This document shows positions 26,577-40,045 of a DNA stretch of 64,000 nucleotides, piece after piece. Position 1 is the stretch's first letter. Each line of letters opens with the position of its first letter. Origin of the DNA: Paraphysomonas bandaiensis (taxonomy: Eukaryota; Protista; Chrysophyceae); NCBI GenBank assembly GCA_965644295.1, contig CBFFRP010000064.1, positions 184,144-248,143 of the forward strand. The letters are read 5' to 3'. The notes beneath the pieces are model-generated. The model made no database searches, was not told where the DNA came from, and saw only the letters and a list, made by a program, of their open reading frames with translations. Made by a program: the position numbers and the translations under genes.

Positions 26577-27899
26577 ATGTCATCTGATCTCTCAAATGCT
26601 CTTCAAGAGGGTGATATCGACACTATTATATCCCATCTATTGCCTCTTATCTCAACTGCCAGTAACGAGAAGCCACTTCACACACACAGCAACACTCATA
26701 ACGATACACATCAAACTACATCAGATCATATGAAGAAACTGAAAGATCTCTTAGTGAAATGCACGACACGTTTGTCTCACATGATATCAATGGAATCAAA
26801 CAAATCACTTGAAACTACAATGACATCATCAGGATCCAGTCTATTAACAATAGAAGGAGCTCAGTTCATAGAGCCAAGAGGGAGAGTAGATACCACTATA
26901 AGTGACACGGGACTCTTTATGCAAACTAAAACAGAGAATTGTTTTATTAAATGGGAGAATGTCGAGACTTCTATACTTCTACCAAGTCCTAATTGTGCAA
27001 AGAAAGAAGGGGAAGTGCTACTCTTCCTTCACATGCGTACACCTGTCGTATACAAGACCAAACCTCTTAATATCATATGCTGGAATTTAAGTAATGGTGG
27101 GAAAGATTATAGAGCTCAGTTTAGTTTAGTTCACTTTACAGGTACCTTCTTTTTAGCAATCATTTCATTGTCCTCGGTATGTAATATGTATATTTGGTGG
27201 TAGGCAAAGAGTCTGTCGTTGTAGGAGGATTAGTTCAGGCGCTATTAGGTCGCCCTCATGCTAAAGAAAATGCAGCATTGTTTCAATCATCGACAGGAAC
27301 AAGCTTCTTGCGATGTCACAAAGGCGTGAAGGAGGGAGTTCTCTTTCCTCTTGAAGTTGGCATCCTTTTTTTCAAACCACCGCTCTTCCTTCCCAGAGAT
27401 AATGTTGCCTCCATAACGGCGGGCAGGGGAGGGTCCGCCATGACACGGTATATTGATCTCACGGTGTGTCTCTTGCGAATAAACCGTATAATTTACTGAA
27501 CAATTGAATTAGGTGGAGACGGAGGACGGGAAGACTTACGAGTATAGTAATATCGAGCGTGATGATCTTCCTGCCATAGAAGCTTACGTTCGAATGTATG
27601 TCCAGCGGCGACTACGCGAAGAGAAAAGGCGATCAGCGGGTGTTGATGGTACAGATGAAATAAATGAGTCGGATAGTGAGGATGATGACGAGGATTTCGA
27701 TCCGGATGCCCCCGAGAGTGCAGACGAAGGGTCTGACAACGATAGCAGCAGTGACAGTGAGAGTGGCTCAGTTAATTCGGAAGCAGAATCCGAAGATGAA
27801 ACACGAGATAATCAAGGTAAGGGCACCGCTAAAAGCAAAAAGAGACAACGGAATTCGAAAGTATCCGTCAACCGTAGCTTGCAGAAACGGAGCAAATAA
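26577..27899 (+). CDS. Rtt106/SSRP1-like PH-domain histone chaperone with acidic tail, 3 exons
   Basis: FIEPRGR; LRCHKGVKEGVLFPLEVGILFFKPPLFLP..NV.SI; TRYIDL.VET..GKTYEYSNIERDD; D/E/S-rich then basic C-terminus. Confidence 0.8.
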
Positions 27900-29081
27900 C
27901 CTTGTGTATTTCATTGGGGCACTGTCTAATGCACTGGCGGCCGAATTGCTAGAAGTATTATAACAGTTGATTGATTATTACCGTATCCTGTTGTGAGTAC
28001 GCATTTTGTGCTGAGTAGTAGTGGTGTTATAGTTGTAGGGTTTTCTCCGGTAATTAAGTATCTATTTACCTCTTTTTGGTGAATATGATGTGTTTTTCTT
28101 TTCCTATGTACATTTATTCTACAAGCGGTAATTATATAATTTAGAGCTCACTCATCTCTTCGAAAAAGTTAAACGTAGATCAAGATAAAAATAACTCTTC
28201 ATTTACTACTCTATGATCTCATTTTATATTTTTATATATTCCTCATCCGTTCTCTTCAACATTTCACATAGCTTATATGATACTTGTATGCAGTATACAG
28301 TACATTAAAGCAATCAACTACTAACAACTGACAACTGACAACCAAAGTGATACTAGGTAATTTTGACCCAGTTCATCAGGGCCATACAACTTTCCCAAAA
28401 TCTTGATCTATTAATATACTATTTACAATTCCTTGAGAAAGGGCTTAAGGAAGTGTATGATCACAATAGACATCTTATCAATGTGTAAGGGAAGATATAT
28501 TCAGCATTTCGCTGTAGTTGATGCAAAGTATATCTATTTTAATGAAGTTGACATAGCATAGTATGCTCAAAATTCAACATACAATGATCAGAACAATTGT
28601 ATTAGCGGTCACTGAATAATTCGTAAGTCGGCAATACATACCAATTAGCACGATTATAATACTCGACATTCTCTAGCTCCATGAATATCATCAATCATTA
28701 TCTTCACCATTACTTTTGTTTCTGTTTGAAACAGTTTATATATCAGTAGCAAGCTCAACATATCATTGTCACAATATGCTCTGAATCTTGGTTGATTGGT
28801 CCAAAAACAGTAATAATTGCGCCATATCAGACATATAATATATGTATAGGCATAAGCATATACAATTAGGGGGTAATAGGAGACTATAACCAGACAGTTG
28901 GTTATTACACCGAAAACACAGTGCCCAAAATATCATTCATAAAAATACTACTTATACGAACTGAAGGCTACGCACTGTGGTACTAACAACTATAACAGAA
29001 CATGATGATATATAGAAGAATAAAAACTGCACAGTATATTTGTCTAACAGCAATTCATTATTGCAAACTATAGAGCTTCTA

Positions 29082-30820
29082 CTAGTCGGCCGTCGCATTG
29101 TCATGACTTTGCCCGCTATCAATGGGTCTATTTCGTTCTCTATCACATTCGTTACCCTTAGATCTGAGCTTTAAACTATGTATCATCCGGCTAACTTTCA
29201 CGCCACTAGAGATAGGATCGAAGTCGTCCTCACTATTCTGCTCAATATCCGACTTTTCACTCTCACTATTTAGATTTTCACTACTTTTTCTGTTGTATTT
29301 ACGAGACCGGCGACTATAGAAGCGCTCCATTGGAATAGGTACGCAAAAGATACGCAGCCTAACAGGAACCTCCTGACCAGAGCGTTCCAGAATACCCACC
29401 AACTCGCGCGCACAGTTCGCATCCTTTGGCGTGAAAAAGGTGTGGGCGACACTTGTGCCAGAGCTACGGGAGGCGCGGTCGATCCAGTGTACATACTTCT
29501 CCAAGCCGGGTAATTCCCCATGAGGGATATCGTAAACTATCACTACTTCAATATCCTGCACATCACCAGATTATACAGAGAAGATCTAATTGTAGTTAGT
29601 ACCTTGACAGTCATTCCGCCTGCCGCTACATCCGTGCCTGCTAGAATCCTTATCTGCGACTTACGGAACATATCTATTATATCGGAACGATCACTCTGCA
29701 TCATATTCCCATGCAGAGCTCCTGCAGGACAGCCCAAATCTCTCAAAATTCTGGAAATTACATTGCATTTGGATCTACGATTCGTGAAAATAAGGGTTTT
29801 AGGGACTTGCGACCAGATGGGCTTCCCATGTATATCCTTGGGGCACATCTCCACAAGCAGTTCTTTCATCTTTGAAGTTTTATCGTCGTTATCGAGTACA
29901 TGTACATGCTGTGTAATAGCACTGTTGGCACTTAATGACCCTAGTTCCCCCACGCTAACCGTCACAGGATTGGAAAGATAGTCTGATGCGAAATGTTGCA
30001 CACTCTCAGGCCAAGTAGCTGTGAAAAAGAGATTCTGTCTCGATTTACTACACGTATCGAGGACAGCACGGAGCTGAGGCTCCAATCTCTTATCCATCAT
30101 TCGGTCAGCCTCGTCAACGACGACATAGTCGACGAGATTCAGATTCAAGACACCTGATTCTATGAGGTTTATACACCTTCCAGGAGTCGCAATGATCATG
30201 TCACCGCCTCGATTTAGGGCGCGCTTTTGCTGACCTGGAGACGTACCTCCATACAATGATAGCACTGTGATACCCGACACAGCAGCAAACTTATTTGCAT
30301 CCACTTCAATCTGCAGGGCAATCTCTCTCGTGGGTGCTAGAACAAGAACAGTTGGAAGTCTAGTTGGCTTACGAGGATCCATAAGCTGTGGAGGAGTCTT
30401 AGATATCTTATCCAATGCAGGAAGAAGAAATGCAAATGTTTTCCCACTTCCTGTACGTGAAATAGATATCATATCACGTCCTAAAAGGGCAATAGGCCAT
30501 GACTGTGCTTGTATAGGAGTCGGTGCTGAGTATCCCAACTTACGAAACATGTCCACAATAGATGAATGAAACGGTAGATCATCCATAGAAGTGTATGGCA
30601 TACATATTCCATGCTGCTGCTCGTGATTCTCTACTCCATGTAGATGTATAGCATGTATTCTTCTGTATGTAAGTCCATCAGATTCCTCTGTATAGCTATT
30701 CATACATAAGCCACTGCTGCTGCTACTGCTACTGCTACTGCTGTGTGTTATGCATAGACGAAGATAGAGGGAGGGGGGTGGAAGGATATGGGCTCGTCTG
30801 ATGAGATTAACAGATCGCAT
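29082..30820 (-). CDS. DEAD-box RNA helicase (DBP2/DDX5-like) with degenerate motifs V and VI; intron about 29556-29600
   Basis: PTPIQAQSWP, SRTGSGKT, PTRE, TPGR, DEAD, TAT present; TDVAAGG and HWIDRASRS replace TDVAARG and HRIGRTGR. Confidence 0.9.
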
Positions 30821-31204
30821 GAGCTGTGTGCTTAATGCTATGTGGGGGGCATGGAACTTCTATATATGTATGTGTGTGTAGAGTGGAACATACATGGAGG
30901 AATGTACGTCTATGATGTATGTATGTATGTACAGTAGGATGTACAGGTGTGTGTATAGGTACTACTGCATGGTGTATAATTGACAGAGTTTTAGAGTAGG
31001 TGTTTGAAAAAGTCTGTTTTTTTGCAACTATCCACCCGAAAAATGCCATTTTTTAACGTATTTTGTTCTTGTTTCTATAAACTGCAAGTGGTCTTATCAT
31101 GTGCATGTGTTCATACATACATACATGCATACATGCATACATACACAGCAGAGTTGTCATAGAGGTGGATAATAACTAAACGAGTCACGTGATCCATATC
31201 CATC

Positions 31205-32269
31205 ATGCCTATCTCCCCCCTTCTTCTTTCTAATCTTCATCAACACAATATTGGATCCCTTCTTCAAACACATGGTTACCTGCTGCTCCTCCTGGACGAT
31301 CTACCTGATAATCATATGAGAGACATGCATACATGGCACACGACACTCTCACAGGCATTCAAACTCCCACAAACCACTAAAGACAATCTCTGTCCATTCA
31401 TGTCATACAATGGATGTACAATGGGATATAGAAAAGATGGTCTCAGAGAGTTCATTGAGACAAGAGTGGATGCTGAGGGATCCCTACAGCCTGCAGTGCC
31501 TGTGCCCGGATACACACAGAGAGTGTTGTCGCTCTGGGAGATATTACGATCAATCGGTACGAGAGTTATGACTTGTATGGCTTCTACTATGGGCATTGAT
31601 GCAGAGTACTTCCTTGATCTCATTGACAGATCTGAGATGGACAGCGGGGAGTTGTCGTCGTCTGTAATGCGTATCTGTAGTTATCCCCATCAGCATGATG
31701 CAGAAGGCGAGGACTGTAGTACAAAGATAGCCTTTGGATCTCATACAGATGTCTCATTATTGACTGTTGCTCCTTGCTCTTCTGTGGCGGGCCTGGAAGT
31801 ACGAGACCTCTCGGATGGATCCTGGGTGAGCGTAGAAGAGGGACAGAAAAACAGTGAGGGATATCCTATGGTGGTGGTTTTCGTGGGGGATATAATGCAA
31901 TTGCTGACCCGAAGTTTCTACAGAGCAACAGTTCATCGGGTGGTCACGCACTCCATATCCCTTGATAATGTGCGAGATGTACCTGTTCGGGTGAGCTGTC
32001 CATTCATAATTCGTGGTCGCCATCGTACTCTGATCCCCCCTTTGCGGATTTACTCTCGGTGGGCGCCTACCTCATGCCCTCAACAGCAGAGTAGCGACGG
32101 TATTATCGAGTTGCCGGACCTTGAGGGAACAAGCATGAAAGTCGTTCACAAACTATTGGATCTCAAGCGACAGAAGTGCGCACGTGAACACGAGGACGAG
32201 GATGGAGACTGGGTACTGTGTGCCTTTAATCAGGAATCGTCGAGTGAAACTCCTGAACACGACCCCTAG
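31205..32269 (+). CDS. 2-oxoglutarate/Fe(II)-dependent dioxygenase (IPNS-like), intronless
   Basis: RICSYP; FGSHTD.SLLT; GLEV; VVFVGD; HRVV; RVS (HxD...H and RxS motifs). Confidence 0.9.
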   Translation: MPISPLLLSNLHQHNIGSLLQTHGYLLLLLDDLPDNHMRDMHTWHTTLSQAFKLPQTTKDNLCPFMSYNGCTMGYRKDGLREFIETRVDAEGSLQPAVPVPGYTQRVLSLWEILRSIGTRVMTCMASTMGIDAEYFLDLIDRSEMDSGELSSSVMRICSYPHQHDAEGEDCSTKIAFGSHTDVSLLTVAPCSSVAGLEVRDLSDGSWVSVEEGQKNSEGYPMVVVFVGDIMQLLTRSFYRATVHRVVTHSISLDNVRDVPVRVSCPFIIRGRHRTLIPPLRIYSRWAPTSCPQQQSSDGIIELPDLEGTSMKVVHKLLDLKRQKCAREHEDEDGDWVLCAFNQESSSETPEHDP

Positions 32270-32811
32270 TTGCAGAAATGTGGACTCATGTGCGAAGCGC
32301 TACATTCTTATATGACTAGTGTGAATATCACAGAGTGTTTCGACTCTGGTACGTGGCAGCTAAGAACACAGTCACAGTTATGTACGGAACCACAAGAGCC
32401 TATGAACCACAAGAGTTTTTTTGTGTTTTTTTGTAATATATACTGTATATTTGATATTGGTAAATATATGTAGCTAATATCATAAGATATCCGTAAGTCT
32501 AAGTATATATGTCGTGGTTACTTGTGGTACACAACTAGAGTACTAGTATATGTGTATATGTAATAAATAATAAATAATGCATGTAGCTAAAGTCACAAGA
32601 TAGTCTTAAGTTTCTTAAGCACGTATACGTGTTTTATTAGTGAGAGTAGATTAATGATTAATATATGCCATATCCGTGAAGTAATAAAAAAAACAATGCT
32701 AACTAAAAGAAACTGGTAGGGAATTAAAAATAAAAGACCTGTTAAATAATTTTCGATCCTTATTGCAAGAATTCATTGTTGGATAGCTAAGTAATTGTAG
32801 AGATACAAAAG

Positions 32812-33007
32812 GTATATGAAAGTTTTATTATTAACAATAGGTGTCGAGAAGCAGCACCAGATAAGTAGCCAGATGAAAACTAGTCAAGTTAGATAGACTT
32901 CTATTTGTAACTAACTTGTACAAATTCTCATATCCCATTATGTAACTCTACGAAAGCTGTTTATGCGTTTATGCGCCACCGCAAGCACCAAGGTGCAACC
33001 ACTTCCG
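32812..33007. repeat. Dispersed repeat family A, copy 2
   Basis: Similar to 3680-3870. Confidence 0.7.
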
Positions 33008-33475
33008 TTCTTGTATGTGAAAGAGAAGCTCTCTATGGACGTGAGTCCTTGAAGTGCAGATGGGGTTGGTCAGGGGTCAGGGGGGCGTCCCTTGGGCCTT
33101 GGGGTAGGACTGAGCAGGACTTTGTGGAGGCGGCACCATGGCATTTCCACTGGTGCGTGGATAGTAGTAGAGGTAGACGTCTGTGGGGTAGTAGCGCAGG
33201 CTAAGAAAGAAAAATCTTCGTCAATATTTTCAGTAGTCCGAAGGAACAATACTAGCATGACCTGTATCGTGTAGTTATACATGACTGTCAGTAGCTTAAT
33301 AAACGAGTGGCAACAGCGAACACTTAGGCATCTATATCTTCTACATGACATGTCCAGCTTATGCTACACTACACAATGACTGAGCTACTCACTCGTTACT
33401 TAAAACACTTATGATCCAGGCAACTATGCTCTACAACAAAAACATGTAGTACTAATAGGAAAAAGTAATTTCACT

Positions 33476-35725
33476 CTAAATGCGGTGAACGGTTCTATCT
33501 AATCCTCGATCCATTGCCATTGACTCTGCAGGAGGGCCACCAATACTATGTGGCATCTCCAAATCGAAGGAACCCTGCCTAAACCTGTTTCCATATAAAC
33601 TGCGAGTGTCGGAACCATGACCGCGGCTTGACGAACTACCCAAAAGTGACTGTGATTCCTCGTCGCAGTCACATTCACGACGGCCGTGTCTACGTTGCTC
33701 CCTGAGGCGACTTTGCTGCTCCCGCCATTTGCGCTCATCATCCAGTGCCCCATCCCGTCGCGTGAGGGCATAGGACCCAGTCAAAAAAAAGACCTTCACA
33801 TTCTGCATTAGTCGTCTCCACTCTAACATCTCTTGTACATTTCGACCTCTATCAACCTGTACGCAAGTTACTCAGGCAGTATTCGATAGGTGTTAAACGT
33901 ACCTCAAACGATGTCGTTTCCAAAGCCACCATTGCAACTTGTCCCCACAACTGTAGTGACATCCATATGACCACTCCACCAGCAATACCAGTCACCAGCG
34001 CGAATGACGGATAGTGCACAAGAAAACACTTCTGCACAGTAAATGCCCAGCTGAACTGTACGACACAGGTGTTACATATAACTACATGCACAACGGATGA
34101 CTTACCCAACCGTGGTTCTTGCTGTCTGGACAATACACACTTGCTGCAGTCCAGCTCGAAAATACGAATGCCACAGCAGCGCCCATCCAACAAGAAGCTA
34201 TGAAACAGCAGAACAGACGTCGATTCCCTTCACCCACGCAGTTATCAATGAAGGAGCAGTGGTGGTCCAGCATAGAACTCATACAAGCGTCACATGTCTA
34301 AGTGTATCAGAGAATCATGAATATTACACAATATTTTAAGTGATAAGACAGGTATACCGAGCAGTGTACAGCAGCCCTGGACTTATCCACAAGACAAGTG
34401 GGGCATATACTGATGGGAGGGTCTCGTACTATAGCAGAACGCACTTCTTCCGCTTCCACGGGCCCTTCAGTAGGAGAGGACGCAATTATACGCCTACAAA
34501 TGTCATCGCTGCATACAAAAGCACATTCATCAACAGAAGGGATGACTGATCTGTACAACATCACCTGTCACAACTGGGCTCGACACGCCGGCAACGAGTA
34601 GTCGTAACCTTATACTTCGTATAGACTATAAGCCCCACTAGTAGGTAGAATCCGCCAGATATACTAGGCGAAACGTGGGCCTGTACATAAAGGTTGTAGT
34701 AAACAGCGATACTAGCAATTAGCGACCAGGCAAGGCCCTGATTAATTTTAGACACTCTAGATGATATTGTTGTTTGCATCGCCTTGTCGAAAACTGTGGA
34801 CTGGAGCACCAAGTAGACTGGGATCGCCCACCACCCAATGAGCTCAAGTAGAACTAAGAGAATCGCAAACGAAAACGCAGAAGCAAAAGCAGGAAGCCAG
34901 GACGGGAAGTGGCGGTACAGATAGAAGTCGAATACAAACCGTAGAAGAGTCGGGTTTCTGCTCTCCATTATCACTTGCCATGGAGTTTGCCCTTGTAGGT
35001 TTTGCGTTAGCCGGGCAGTGTCAGCTCCAGGAGCCCGATAAAGAAGAAGAGCAAATGGCAGCAAGTCGGAGAATTTTTTGGAGGCAAGTAAGTGCAGGAC
35101 TGTGTCTCCAGTCTTTACATTCTGTGCTCCGACATCTGCGCCTTGTCGTAGTAAAAGTCTAACGATATCTATAGGAGGAGCAGATGTTCTAATCAATGAC
35201 ATTAGCGGTGTATCGCCTTCATCATTCACAGTGTTCGCATCTGCACCCCAAGAAAGCAGTAAATGCAGCATCTCCAAATGGCCTAATAGACAGTGCAATT
35301 ACACCACAAGACACATGTGACAGTTGACTCGTACCAAGTTGACAGCACAAATGCACAACATCCAAACCCTGATTCGATCTGATCGAAGAATTTGCACCAT
35401 TATCAATGAGAAGCTTTGCAATCCTATAAAAGTTTTTCCTAATAGCCCAATGCAGAGGTGTCTCCATTAGCACCCCACCTGAGATACATCATCATCAGCA
35501 GATCGACCTCTATCCGTCTATATGCATACCTTGACAGTTAATATCAGCCCCATGTTCAACTAACAGCACTGCTATAGCCACACGATTGTTAATAGCCGCC
35601 CAATGAAGCAGAGAGCATCCATCTGCGTCTGTTGTATTGGCATGAACAGAGCGGGACTTCAGTGCGTCTCTTATCATACGCATATCACCAAACTGTACAC
35701 CGCTAACAACATCACTGTGATCCAT
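33476..35725 (-). CDS. Ankyrin-repeat DHHC palmitoyltransferase (ZDHHC13/17, Akr1-like), multi-exon
   Basis: Ankyrin repeats (GCSLLHWAA, ETPLHWA, GDTPL); CPTCLVDKSRAAVHCS|TCDAC..MLDHHCSFIDNCVGEGNRR; TM helices; ETTSFE. Confidence 0.92.
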
Positions 35726-36190
35726 ACTGAGAGATAGATCAAGTGTGTAGAGATATAAGGGGGGTGGGAGGAGATGATGACTGGGCTATATGATACTTAC
35801 ACATACATACATACACATACACATACATACATACACGCCGTGTGCTAATGGAACACTCATACACACACACATACAGGCATATATATATATACATACATAC
35901 ATAGACACATATATGAGGAATACGCGGTATACAGGAGCAGTATTCTCCTCTTCCACCTTCCACCTACAGCAGTACCTACATACGAGTCACAACGACGTAC
36001 ACTGTCTAGTAGGTAGGTACGAGTATTCAGGTACGAGCAGTTAGGTACGAGTAGTTGTATGGGTGGTATAGTACTGTATGTATACGTCCAGTGTATGTAT
36101 ATGGTAACTAGCACTTGCTTTAAGAGCACACTAAATCCATATAAAACTAATGCTCTGAAGGCGTCTATATCTCCCTGATAGTCTCTTTGC

Positions 36191-38945
36191 ATGATGAATA
36201 TGCATGGTTCAGCAGGAGGGATCGGATCCCTTATGCGATACGATCATTTCGAGCAGGTTGGAGAGGGTACATACGGGTAAGTCTGTAGGCACAGCAGACT
36301 GCAGATATATCGCCCACATAGACAGTAGACTATAGATACATATAGCTGCATATGATAGCAGTGACTGTATATGCATATGAGTAGTGACCGTATCTATCTA
36401 CTGCATGTTACTCTATATGATAGCAGTGACTGTCTATGCATATGAGTAGTGACCATATCTATCTACTGCATGTTACTCTATATGATAGCAGTGACTGTCT
36501 ATGCATATGAGTAGTGACCATATCTATCTGCTGCATGTTACTCTATATGATAGCAGTGACTGTATATGCATATGAGTAGTGACCGTATCTGTCTATTGCA
36601 TGTTACTCTATATGATAGCAGTGACTGTCTATGCATATGAGTAGTGACCGTATCTATCTACTGCATGTTACTCTGTATGATAGCAGTGACTGTCTATGCA
36701 TATGAGTAGTGACCATATCTATCTGCTGCATGTTACTCTATATGATAGCAGTGACTGTATATGCATATGAGTAGTGACCGTATCTGTCTATTGCATGTTA
36801 CTCTATATGATAGCAGTGACTGTATATGCATATGAGTAGTGACCATATCTATCTATTGCATGTTACTCTATATGATAGCAGTGACTGTATCAATCTTTTT
36901 GTATTCGTATCTTTCTACTATTTATGGGTCTACTCACTACCGATATGTTATGTCATTGACAAGAGTATATTTGATTTGTGACTCTGCTTATGATTCTGCT
37001 GTGCAGTAAAATGTTTTATTGTTACTATATCTGTTTGTAGATATTATGCTTTTTTAATTTGTATATTGTTTTGGAATCATGCGTATCTATGTAACTTGTC
37101 CTAGAAGTATACCTTTCGTGAGATTAATCGCATTGTAGGCATGTGTATAAAGCCCGTGATAAGCAAGACCATAATAATATTGTGGCAATGAAGCGACTGA
37201 TATTTCACAAAGAGAGTGCTGGGGTGACTTTTCGTGTTTATAGTGTCGATGTTTCGTGTAACGCGTTGTTGTAACAGTTCCCACTTTTCGCCATAAGAGA
37301 GATTAAGCTCCTGAAAAGTTTATCACATCCAAATATTGTACAGTTGAAAACCATAGTGTCGTCTAAAGGATGTGAAGATAAAGGTGATTGTGTGCAGAGA
37401 TTATATGTAATTTAAGTGTTCTATTAGAGCGTGAAATAAAAACGGAAACATTTAGTAAAAATTCCAGTGTAGCACAACGAAATGTGAATCAAGGTGGGCA
37501 GGAGGCTGTTCGAGTGGACGGATTGGACATCAGGCGTTGTGGTAGTTTGTTCCTAGTATTCGAGTACATGGAGGTGTGTTTATCAGTATATGAAATGAGA
37601 GCCTGACGTAGCACAATGATAGCACGACTTGGGGGGGCTCATTGACATAAAGTATAACTTCCACGCCGACCAAATTAAAGTCCTCATGAAACAGCTTTTT
37701 GAAGTGCTTGCATACTTGCATGAGCGAAAAATTATCCATCGTGATATCAAGACTTCCAATCTACTTGTTAACAATTCGCTGCAGTTGAAATTGGCTGACT
37801 TCGGCCTAGCGCGATGCACACACACTGTCGACCCGTTAATGGCTATCAGTGGAGCCTTTGGTCCCCCGGTGTCTGGGGCGGTGGCGGCGAAGCCGGAGTT
37901 AACCAACAACGTAAAGTGTCTTATGGTACTGCTTATCTATATGCTGTAATACACCGTATATTTTGTAGGTAATTACCATGTGGTACCGTCCCCCTGAACT
38001 GTTGTTGGGAGAGTTGAGATATTCATTTGCAGTAGATATCTGGAGCGCAGTGAGTAATTATATTGAGTTGGCGCGAGTATGGGATAATATTGGGACAGGG
38101 ATGTGTGCTTGGTGAGCTACTATTGGGGCGTCCAATGTTCCCTGGAAAGACAGAGGCCGCACAGATGGAGTTGATAGTGAAGGCTGTAGGAACCCCTACG
38201 GAGGTGTGTTGTATGTTTTGTACCCGGTTGTTGTTCTAAGATAACTTAAAGCAATCCTGGCCTGGTGTCTCCAGGCTTCCTAACTACAACACCCTTATAG
38301 GTGCATCTAGAATCGCGTCAAGTATAAAAGTACGTAATATTCAGACCTAAGGTTCGTCCTTGTACATGACACCGTTGCAGAACACCTACGAGGGTCGTGT
38401 ACCTGCGACGGAACTCTTACTGATGGATAGACTTCTAGTTGCAGACCCCGGCAGGCGCATGTCTGCTCGATCTGCCCTCTCTAACACGTAAGTATATAAC
38501 TCTTTTCCTTTTGTATTTCACTCGCAACACAAATGGCTATAGGTACTTCCATTCGTGTCCCACCCTTGAGCAGATAGAGCATCTAGGTGAGTCCTTTTCG
38601 AATCCCTTCTATTATCATCACGAAATCTGTAGACAAGCTCAGGGATCAGTCTTGTCATGAATTCCAAACAAAACTAAGACGGTATGCAATGTGCTTGTGA
38701 GAAAATATGCTAAGTAACTGATTAACAGACGGGAAATGCATGAAAAAGCGGTAGCAGCACGCCAACAACTACAAGTCAATGTCTCAGTTGATAGTAGTCA
38801 GAAATCAGGTACAGTAGGACAGGTGGAAGATAGAGATAGTGGATTTGCAGATCCAAATTTTTCAGAATCTTCTCGTGTGCATCATAGCTTGCCTCCACAA
38901 GGACGTGCAGACTGCGCTATAAAGAGGAAGTGGCATGATCGATAG
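36191..38945 (+). CDS. Cyclin-dependent kinase, CDKC/CDK9/12-like, about 12 exons
   Basis: QVGEGTYG|HVYKA..VAMKR; [12 protein letters not shown]; [10 protein letters not shown]; LADFGLAR; LTNN|[14 protein letters not shown]; DIWSA|GC. Confidence 0.93.
36351..36890. repeat. 65-bp minisatellite (8 copies plus a partial) inside CDK intron 1
   Basis: tgatagcagtgactgt.tatgcatatgagtagtgacc.. starts at 36353, 36418, 36483 and onward to 36873. Confidence 0.95.
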
Positions 38946-40045
38946 CTTATTGTTACCTGTTACTTGTTTTATTTGTATATTTTTAAGATTTACTAATTCA
39001 CGAATACCTCTTAACATATAGATATTATACGCGTAATGCAACAAAATACTATGAAATAACAAATGACTGAATTATCATCAGACTATATAAGATACGTGAC
39101 TGTACAAGATATGATGTTATGAGATTGGTTCTAATGTTCCTTAAATCGTGTTTTGCTATCATACTATTGGCGTTTATATTCTATGTGACGTCTTCAAGTC
39201 TTCACTCATTTCTCATTAAATGATACATTGCGTACCTCTTCATTGAATATCACGACTACCTATAAATCTTAATTTAAATGAATTGTAAGAAGTTTTACAC
39301 TAAGAGTGCTGCGTTCAAATACAGATAGTTTGTCGATTGTGTTTGCGCTTATAGCTTTATAGCTTATAGACATGGTAGTAGTTGAATAATATATCCCGAT
39401 TGCTATTGTAATATTGTAGTAGTAGTGAACCTGAAATATATATTATATATGAACTGTACAAGAAAATGACGATATAAAATCGTACTAGAAATAGTTGGTG
39501 TAGAAGGACGAAAGAGAATAGTGGATGACAATGAATGATGTGTGATGTTATTCATAATTTTCTAATTCTCGGATTAAGTGATTACCTAAGTTTCATTACT
39601 TACTTAACCTGCTAATAATGTCACTTCCAATAGTTAATGTAGTATTATATAGTCATGTAACTGCTCGAGGAGTCAACATTTCGACGTTATTTCATTTCCT
39701 TAGGGAGCTCTCATATCTCCATTATTTACACTTATTATAATGTAGCTTGATACTCCCCCATTCAACGCAGTGTTGATTTTACTTTACTACACTCTACTTT
39801 ACTACAGATTTCTCATTACGATATACAGTGCAAGAATGCTATATAGTACACTCGTCAATATATATATACTTACAGCTCTTCGTTCAATACTTACAGGTCC
39901 ATTGCGTCATTTGAATTCATGCTTTATAAACCGTAACTTGATAACATTATAATACGTTAAGGAATGAAATATTACAGGATTCTCATACTGTGGTAAGATA
40001 TAGATACCACCGTCATTACAGCAATCTCAAAAAACATCTCGATAA

